Positions 58,892-64,000 of a stretch of DNA of 64,000 bases are shown here, piece after piece. Within the stretch, counting starts at the first letter, position 1. Each line of letters starts with the position of its first letter. Origin of the DNA: Halioglobus sp. (lineage in GTDB: Bacteria > Pseudomonadota > Gammaproteobacteria > Pseudomonadales > Halieaceae); assembly GCA_029246385.1 (NCBI GenBank), contig JAQWNG010000044.1, forward strand, positions 6,270 to 70,269, written 5' to 3'. The notes under the pieces were generated by a model. That model was not told where the DNA came from. It saw nothing but the letters and a program-made list of their open reading frames with translations, and did no database searches. The position numbers and the translations under genes are program-made.

Positions 58892-59668
58892 TCATTCAAA
58901 CATCGATTTAGAGGTTAATGCATTGGGTCGGATTTCCATCAGATCAATTGCAACCCCTGGAGGTTGCGACAGAGCATAGCGCACCGCGTCGCCCACATGC
59001 GTCACGTCCATACCCAAGTCCATGTGCGCGCCAACATCCTTCCACGCTGCTAGCGCCCCCTCAAGCGCCTGCGTGTCCCAGCCATCGGAAAAATTTGTCC
59101 ATGCTCCACCGGGCCGAATACATGTAACCCCGATACCATCGGCCTGAACTTCCAGCCTCAGATCGCGAGTGAACCGCTCTACCGCCGCCTTAGTCGAGGC
59201 ATAAATCGACAAGTGGCTCATTTCATCGTAATGCCAAGCGCTGGCGGAAGAAATCGTAATGATGCGCGGGTTTTGTCTGCCTCTGAGCATTGGAATCACC
59301 AACTGAGAACAAAAAACCGTGCCTAAAAAATTAGTTTGCACCTGCAGAAGCACCTCATCTTCTACAAGATTTTCCACCTTATTAGGTGTCGCCAATCCCG
59401 CGTTATTGACCAGTCCGTCAACTTGACCGAAATGCGTTTGAATCTTTTCAAATGCCATAGTAATACTTGCTCGAGACCCAACATCAGCGGCCACACCGAG
59501 CGCATGGTCTGCTCCAATCTCTGCCACAGCCCGATCAAGACCCGACTGATTACGACTGACAAGTCCAACACGCGCGCCGTGTTCTACAAGACTTTTGGCA
59601 ATCGCCAGCCCAAAACCTCTTGAGCCGCCGGTAACGACGTACACATTATCGTGCAACTCCCCTTTCAT
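58892..59668 (-). CDS. short-chain dehydrogenase/reductase
   Basis: 258 aa. Motifs: VTGGSRGFG, NNAG, YASTKAA. Its ATG overlaps the ALDH stop (ATGA). Confidence 0.85.
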   Translation of the reverse strand: MKGELHDNVYVVTGGSRGFGLAIAKSLVEHGARVGLVSRNQSGLDRAVAEIGADHALGVAADVGSRASITMAFEKIQTHFGQVDGLVNNAGLATPNKVENLVEDEVLLQVQTNFLGTVFCSQLVIPMLRGRQNPRIITISSASAWHYDEMSHLSIYASTKAAVERFTRDLRLEVQADGIGVTCIRPGGAWTNFSDGWDTQALEGALAAWKDVGAHMDLGMDVTHVGDAVRYALSQPPGVAIDLMEIRPNALTSKSMFE

Positions 59669-61134
59669 GTGGCAATCGCAATAGCAATCGTTTTCGTCTC
59701 AAGATATTCCTCAAACCCTTCTCGCCCCATCTCTCGACCGAGACCACTTTGTTTGTAGCCCCCAAACGGCGCATCTGCTCCATAAAAATTTCCACCATTA
59801 ACGTTGACCGTTCCGGTGCGAATTCGCCGCGCCACAGCTAATGCTCGTTCATCAGTGGCAGACCACACGCTCCCTGACAAGCCATAGTCAGAATCATTGG
59901 CAATACGCACGGCATCGTCTTCATCATCGTAAGCGATGACGGCAAGCACCGGACCGAAGATTTCTTCGCGCGCAATAGTCATCTCATTCGTCACATCCAT
60001 AAATACCGTGGGCTCTACATAATAGCCTTTAGATAAATTAGCCGGCACACCGCCACCAATTAACACGCGGGCACCCTGAGCCTTCCCTTGTTCAATGTAG
60101 TTCAGCACACGCTCGCGCTGGCGAGCGTTGACCAATGGCCCCATTATTTGACTGTCGGAGCTAGGATCACCGTACTGGATAAATCCAAAATAGGTTGGCA
60201 GCAATGCCTCAACTTCAGCCTGCCGCGAGCGGGGAATTAGTAATCGGGTATTAATCGCGCAACCCTGACCAGAATGAAAACACACCGCCAGAACACTCAA
60301 CAGGCTTGAAGAAAGATCTGCGTCATCAAGAATGATATTGGCTGATTTTCCACCCAGTTCCAGAAACACTTTTTTAACCGTTTGGGCAGCACGCGCCATT
60401 ATGTGTTTTCCAACAGCGGTGGAACCGGTAAAGGACACCATATCCACGCGCGAATCACCCACGAGTTGATCCCCAACGTCTTTCGGGTTCTCAGACGTGA
60501 TCACATTAAAGACGCCAGGTGGAATATCCGTATGGTCCTTGATCACGCGACCTAACATTGTCGAAGACCAAGGTGTCTCCGGCGCTGCTTTCAATATTAA
60601 GGTGCAACCCGCGGCAAGAGCAGGAACACACTTAGCAAGATTAATTTGCAGCGGCACGTTCCATGGAGTGATGCAGGCCACCACACCAATCGCTTCTTTT
60701 TCCACCAACCGCCGGCTCTTACCACCCATCATCTCAGAAACGCCAATATCCCGACTCCAGTCAAAGTCAGGCAACGTTTGCAATGTGTAATCGATAAAGC
60801 CGATGGGCAATTCGCACTGCGGGCCCATCTCCCCGCAAATACCCAGTGGCGCACCGGTCTCGGCAGCAATCTGTAATTTGAACTCTTCTTGAACCGTGCG
60901 CAGTCCCTGCTGTAATTGCTCTAAACACCTTTGACGAAAACCGTGATTCGTTGACCAGTCGGTCTCATCGAAGGCACGGCGCGCAGCAGCAATCGCTCTA
61001 TCCATATCGTCCGAGCCTGCATCGGCCGCATGCCCCATGACTTCTTCAGTCGCGGGATTAATATTCGGATAGGTTTTTCCAGAGGCGGCTGCGCACAGTT
61101 CACCGTCGATAAATAATCTTGTTTCGGGATTCAT
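59665..61134 (-). CDS. NAD(P)+-dependent aldehyde dehydrogenase
   Basis: 489 aa. Motifs: FTGSTAVG, ELGGKSA (catalytic Glu), HSGQGCA (catalytic Cys), EEIFGPV. Its ATG overlaps the upstream stop (ATGA). Confidence 0.9.
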   Translation of the reverse strand: MNPETRLFIDGELCAAASGKTYPNINPATEEVMGHAADAGSDDMDRAIAAARRAFDETDWSTNHGFRQRCLEQLQQGLRTVQEEFKLQIAAETGAPLGICGEMGPQCELPIGFIDYTLQTLPDFDWSRDIGVSEMMGGKSRRLVEKEAIGVVACITPWNVPLQINLAKCVPALAAGCTLILKAAPETPWSSTMLGRVIKDHTDIPPGVFNVITSENPKDVGDQLVGDSRVDMVSFTGSTAVGKHIMARAAQTVKKVFLELGGKSANIILDDADLSSSLLSVLAVCFHSGQGCAINTRLLIPRSRQAEVEALLPTYFGFIQYGDPSSDSQIMGPLVNARQRERVLNYIEQGKAQGARVLIGGGVPANLSKGYYVEPTVFMDVTNEMTIAREEIFGPVLAVIAYDDEDDAVRIANDSDYGLSGSVWSATDERALAVARRIRTGTVNVNGGNFYGADAPFGGYKQSGLGREMGREGFEEYLETKTIAIAIAT

Positions 61135-62018
61135 ACTGCTGGCTCCTGTGACATTGGCGGCCGTGATTCGTCGTTGGCCATAAATACATCCTCGATACGG
61201 TCACGTACATAGTGCGCTGTGGGCATGACCACACCCCTAGCATTTGCAGTGCTGATAGCGCACTCCAAATCCTTTCGCCCCAGTCGCCCCATCGCGCCAA
61301 AATAGGCATCCATGTCTTCTTCGCTGGCCGTTTTTACAACCGCATTGCGACCGCTGGCAAACATAAACATTTGCTGGTTGACGACGCCGTTGGACAATCC
61401 TACATCACGCAACACTTCCACCGACAGACCACAAGCCTCGGCGAGCCGCGTCGCCTCTACCATCGCAACGAACTCGGTGTACTGGATAAAGTTATTGCAG
61501 AGTTTCAACGCTATGCCAGCGCCGACGGCGCCCGCGTGTACGACCTTTTCCGCAGAAGTTTGGAACACAGACGACCCCTTAGTCAGTTGCTCCGCACTCC
61601 CACCTACCATATAGCACAAGGTACCCTCGAGTGCACGATGAGCTCCACCGGTGATAGGCGCGTCAATCAGATCGAGGCCAAAATCCAACGCCTGCTGAGC
61701 CCAGAGCAGCACATTGGCCTGTGTAACGGTGCTATGAATCGCTATCAGAGTGCCAGGAGACGCGTTAGCGAAGATACCATCATCGCCGTGCAAGAGATTC
61801 TCTACTTGAGCGTCGTCGCGCACACAGATACCTATATGCAGGCAGGCCTTCGCGAGAGCAGCGACCGAGGCACAGCCTGTCGCCCCTTCTGCTACCAATT
61901 CTTCAACGGCAGGTGCATACACGTCATAAACATGTGCACTAAACGCGTCACAAATAAGCCGCTGCGCACAGGGCTTTCCGATATTACCCAACCCTATGTA
62001 GCCAACATTCATTTTCAC
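61131..62018 (-). CDS. NAD(P)-binding 3-hydroxyisobutyrate/6-phosphogluconate dehydrogenase-like oxidoreductase
   Basis: 295 aa. The N-terminal motif is VGYIGLGNIGKPCA (GxGxxG), with PISGG-type APITGG and LKLCNN. Confidence 0.8.
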   Translation of the reverse strand: MKMNVGYIGLGNIGKPCAQRLICDAFSAHVYDVYAPAVEELVAEGATGCASVAALAKACLHIGICVRDDAQVENLLHGDDGIFANASPGTLIAIHSTVTQANVLLWAQQALDFGLDLIDAPITGGAHRALEGTLCYMVGGSAEQLTKGSSVFQTSAEKVVHAGAVGAGIALKLCNNFIQYTEFVAMVEATRLAEACGLSVEVLRDVGLSNGVVNQQMFMFASGRNAVVKTASEEDMDAYFGAMGRLGRKDLECAISTANARGVVMPTAHYVRDRIEDVFMANDESRPPMSQEPAV

Positions 62019-62075
62019 GTTAATTCACTCCTCGTGACGCTCTGTCCAGCGTGCAGTCGATTATTGTTAGAATCC

Positions 62076-62140
62076 AGTGTAGCCATCAGAATCAGAGTCT
62101 GTCAATATAAATTGACTAGTAGTCAATTTCCGTTTACTAT
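62076..62140. promoter_or_regulatory. divergent promoter pair with a three-half-site palindromic operator
   Basis: Half-sites are GTCAAT (62101-06), ataa, ATTGAC (62111-16), tagta, GTCAAT (62122-27). The plus-strand promoter is TTGACT (62112-17), 17 nt, TACTAT (62135-40). The minus-strand promoter is TTGACA (complement of 62100-05), 18 nt, TACACT (complement of 62076-81). Both -35 boxes lie inside half-sites. Confidence 0.55.
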
Positions 62141-62147
62141 TTTCCGC

Positions 62148-63206
62148 ATGAACGCGTTTAACCTTGAAAACATTGCGCCCTGGGTGACGATGAATCAGTA
62201 TCGCCACGATTTTTCCCGACACCTGCTCGGTGTATCTCGGCACCTCCAGAACACAATGATGGGCGCGCTGCGCCAGCAATATGGGCATGACCATCTCCGG
62301 CTGGGCTTTAGCCCCTACATCACTTTGCTCGGAGAGGGTGACAAGCGACTGACAGACTTAGCAGAAATTTTGGGTATTTCTCGACAGGCCTGCAATCAGG
62401 CCGCCAAACAAGTCGTAGCGGCGGGCTATATTGAGCGGACCGCTGATCCTTTCGATGGGCGGGCCAAACAACTGACACTGTCGCCTCGCGGCATCAAGCT
62501 GCGTAGGGACGGCCTTCGCATTTTGGTTGAACTGGATCAGCAACTAGCCGGCATCATTGATGGCTCACGCATTGGCGATGCAAGCACATCTTTACGAAAA
62601 ATCTCTCATCGCCTCTCCCTCAGCTTCACCGCACAAAACAATGACGCCAGCGCAAAAGCCACCATGACCGGTTTGCTGCCCAGACTTTCAGACTACACGC
62701 TGAAACGCCTTATGGAGTTGACCCGAAGCAAAGGCCATCCGGGGCTTAAATTGCGGTTCGGTCAGGTACTGGGACTGATTGGCCCCTCCGGCGGGCGAAT
62801 ACAGAAAATTGCAACAATTCAAGACGTGAGCAAGCAAGCCATCAGCGCCATCGGCACAGAACTGGAAGCGCTAGGATATCTGCACCGCAAAACCGATCCG
62901 AGAGATGCTCGCCAGGTGTTACTAGTCTTCACCGATCACGGAGAAAAGCTTATTGCTGATTCCGTTATAAGTGGCAATGAACTGGAAGCGGAGTTCGCCG
63001 AGATTGTTGGGCAGGCAGCATTAGAGAGGCTGAGCGCGACGCTGCATGACTTGTATTTCGGACTTGAGCTCGAACAAAGCATTTTTGACACCGGCAGCGC
63101 AGCCGAAATTAGTCGGCTGGCGCATCAACTACAACAACGACTCGGCGAGCATGGCAGCAAGGCACTCGCCGGCCTGTTGCTCGGCCCTACTGAATACGCG
63201 AGGTAA
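62148..63206 (+). CDS. MarR-family regulator with two tandem winged-helix MarR domains in one polypeptide
   Basis: This is the real gene within the 664-aa track ORF (61212-63206); it starts at ATG 62148 (352 aa). Domain 1 is LTDLAEILGISRQACNQAAKQVVAAGYIERTADPFDGRAKQLTLSPRG. Domain 2 is IQKIATIQDVSKQAISAIGTELEALGYLHRKTDPRDARQVLLVFTDHG. Confidence 0.75.
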   Translation: MNAFNLENIAPWVTMNQYRHDFSRHLLGVSRHLQNTMMGALRQQYGHDHLRLGFSPYITLLGEGDKRLTDLAEILGISRQACNQAAKQVVAAGYIERTADPFDGRAKQLTLSPRGIKLRRDGLRILVELDQQLAGIIDGSRIGDASTSLRKISHRLSLSFTAQNNDASAKATMTGLLPRLSDYTLKRLMELTRSKGHPGLKLRFGQVLGLIGPSGGRIQKIATIQDVSKQAISAIGTELEALGYLHRKTDPRDARQVLLVFTDHGEKLIADSVISGNELEAEFAEIVGQAALERLSATLHDLYFGLELEQSIFDTGSAAEISRLAHQLQQRLGEHGSKALAGLLLGPTEYAR

Positions 63207-63947
63207 ATGACAATTATGATAGATAGCGAATGGCTAAATTACATATGGCAGCACTACCACATAGTGACCTCACTCGTCGCACTGGCCGGCATCGTTGTCA
63301 TCACCATTGTCGGTAAAAAAATTGCATTCAGTGTGCCCGCGGTAAGCGAAATGCGGCAGCGCAATAGAGAAAAGGATAAGCCCAAGTGGAAGCTCGAAAA
63401 ATATCCACCGGTCGTCCGTGGGACTCAGAAAGTCGGCTTGTATTGCAATCTCGTCTTCTTCCTTGTGCTGCTGCCATTTTGCATCACATTTGAATCTCAA
63501 GCCGTTTGGAAAGTGCTGTTGGACGCTGCCATTATTCTGCTATTTTACGATTTTTTTTACTATTTATCGCATCGCTTTTGGTTTCACGGGCAAGGTGCCA
63601 TGCGCAAGATACATGCCGTGCATCATCAGGCCCGCAACCCCACTTACCTAGACGCACACTATGTACATCCCTTTGAGACTTTCATCGGGCTAGCACTATT
63701 TATGGGATCAACGGCAATTTTGGCGCTGCTTATGGGGCCATTTCAGATCACCACTATTATTCTAACTTATCTGATTTTCACACAGCTTAATCAGATCAAT
63801 CACGTGTATCTGGATCTACCTCACTTCCCTTTCAAAGCGATCAACTGGGTCGTGGCCAAGCACCACGTTCATCATGAGAATATGCACAAAGGCAACTATT
63901 CAACCATTACACCGCTTTATGACAAAATGTTTGGCACGCTAGACTAG
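63207..63947 (+). CDS. fatty-acid hydroxylase / sterol desaturase family membrane di-iron enzyme
   Basis: 246 aa, multi-TM. Histidine boxes: HRFWFH, HAVHH, HHVHHE. Its ATG directly abuts the MarR stop codon. Confidence 0.8.
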   Translation: MTIMIDSEWLNYIWQHYHIVTSLVALAGIVVITIVGKKIAFSVPAVSEMRQRNREKDKPKWKLEKYPPVVRGTQKVGLYCNLVFFLVLLPFCITFESQAVWKVLLDAAIILLFYDFFYYLSHRFWFHGQGAMRKIHAVHHQARNPTYLDAHYVHPFETFIGLALFMGSTAILALLMGPFQITTIILTYLIFTQLNQINHVYLDLPHFPFKAINWVVAKHHVHHENMHKGNYSTITPLYDKMFGTLD

Positions 63948-63975
63948 ACCACATCAAACGCATCGGAGAGCCAGA

Positions 63976-64000
63976 ATGAATGACGAAGAGCGCCGCGCCT
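63976..64000 (+). CDS. 5' end of an unidentified CDS running off the right edge
   Basis: ATG at 63976 is preceded by GGAGAG at 63965-63970, and the frame stays open (MNDEERRA) to the window end. It is too short to identify. Confidence 0.3.

Noticed and set aside
61212-62147. The first ~310 codons of the 664-aa plus-strand ORF (61212-63206).
   Set aside because: This part lies antisense to the well-supported HIBADH-like gene (61131-62018), has no recognisable domain and is Arg/Cys/His-rich like shadow ORFs. Recognisable MarR sequence begins only after the ATG at 62148, which lies in the intergenic spacer.

Overview
This window looks like chromosomal DNA from a Gammaproteobacterium, possibly a marine Cellvibrionales-like lineage; the taxon is inferred from gene content only. 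I call about 52 CDS and found no rRNA, tRNA, CRISPR array or intact IS element. All calls come from hand translation and motif recognition; no searches were run and GC content was not computed.

Housekeeping genes I recognise with confidence are nadA, bepA, ampG, fabV, miaE, aceE-aceF, a pitrilysin-like M16 peptidase, an AI-2E (PerM-like) transporter and purT.

The main feature is a run of 20 co-directional minus-strand genes (30169 to 10282). Its last 15 genes (25190 to 10282, largest gap 58 nt) match the steroid C/D-ring (HIP) catabolic gene set known from the M. tuberculosis KstR2 regulon and the Comamonas scd genes. They include a FadD3-like ligase, IpdA/IpdB, an NMO-family IpdC-like reductase, a crotonase, two adjacent acyl-CoA dehydrogenase (ACAD) pairs, two thiolases and two SDRs. 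Two overlapping Lrp/AsnC regulators sit inside this operon where Actinobacteria have a TetR (KstR2).

Other modules:
- c-di-GMP: two tandem REC-GGDEF-EAL genes and an MshEN-type c-di-GMP-binding domain fused to a GT2 glycosyltransferase.
- Accessory beta-oxidation: a third ACAD pair, a bile-acid:Na+ symporter family transporter and a crotonase.
- Oxidation island (50.8-64 kb): two acyl-CoA ligases flanking an MFS, a secreted ThuA-like protein, an orphan P450, an NTF2-like protein, a coupled HIBADH-like/ALDH/SDR operon, a duplicated-MarR regulator with a three-half-site operator, and a fatty-acid hydroxylase.
- A decayed phage-type integrase fragment next to a LysR/lipoprotein-esterase pair.

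The best candidates for undescribed biology are the Lrp/AsnC pair in the steroid operon, the MshEN-GT2 fusion and the tandem-MarR-controlled oxidation island.
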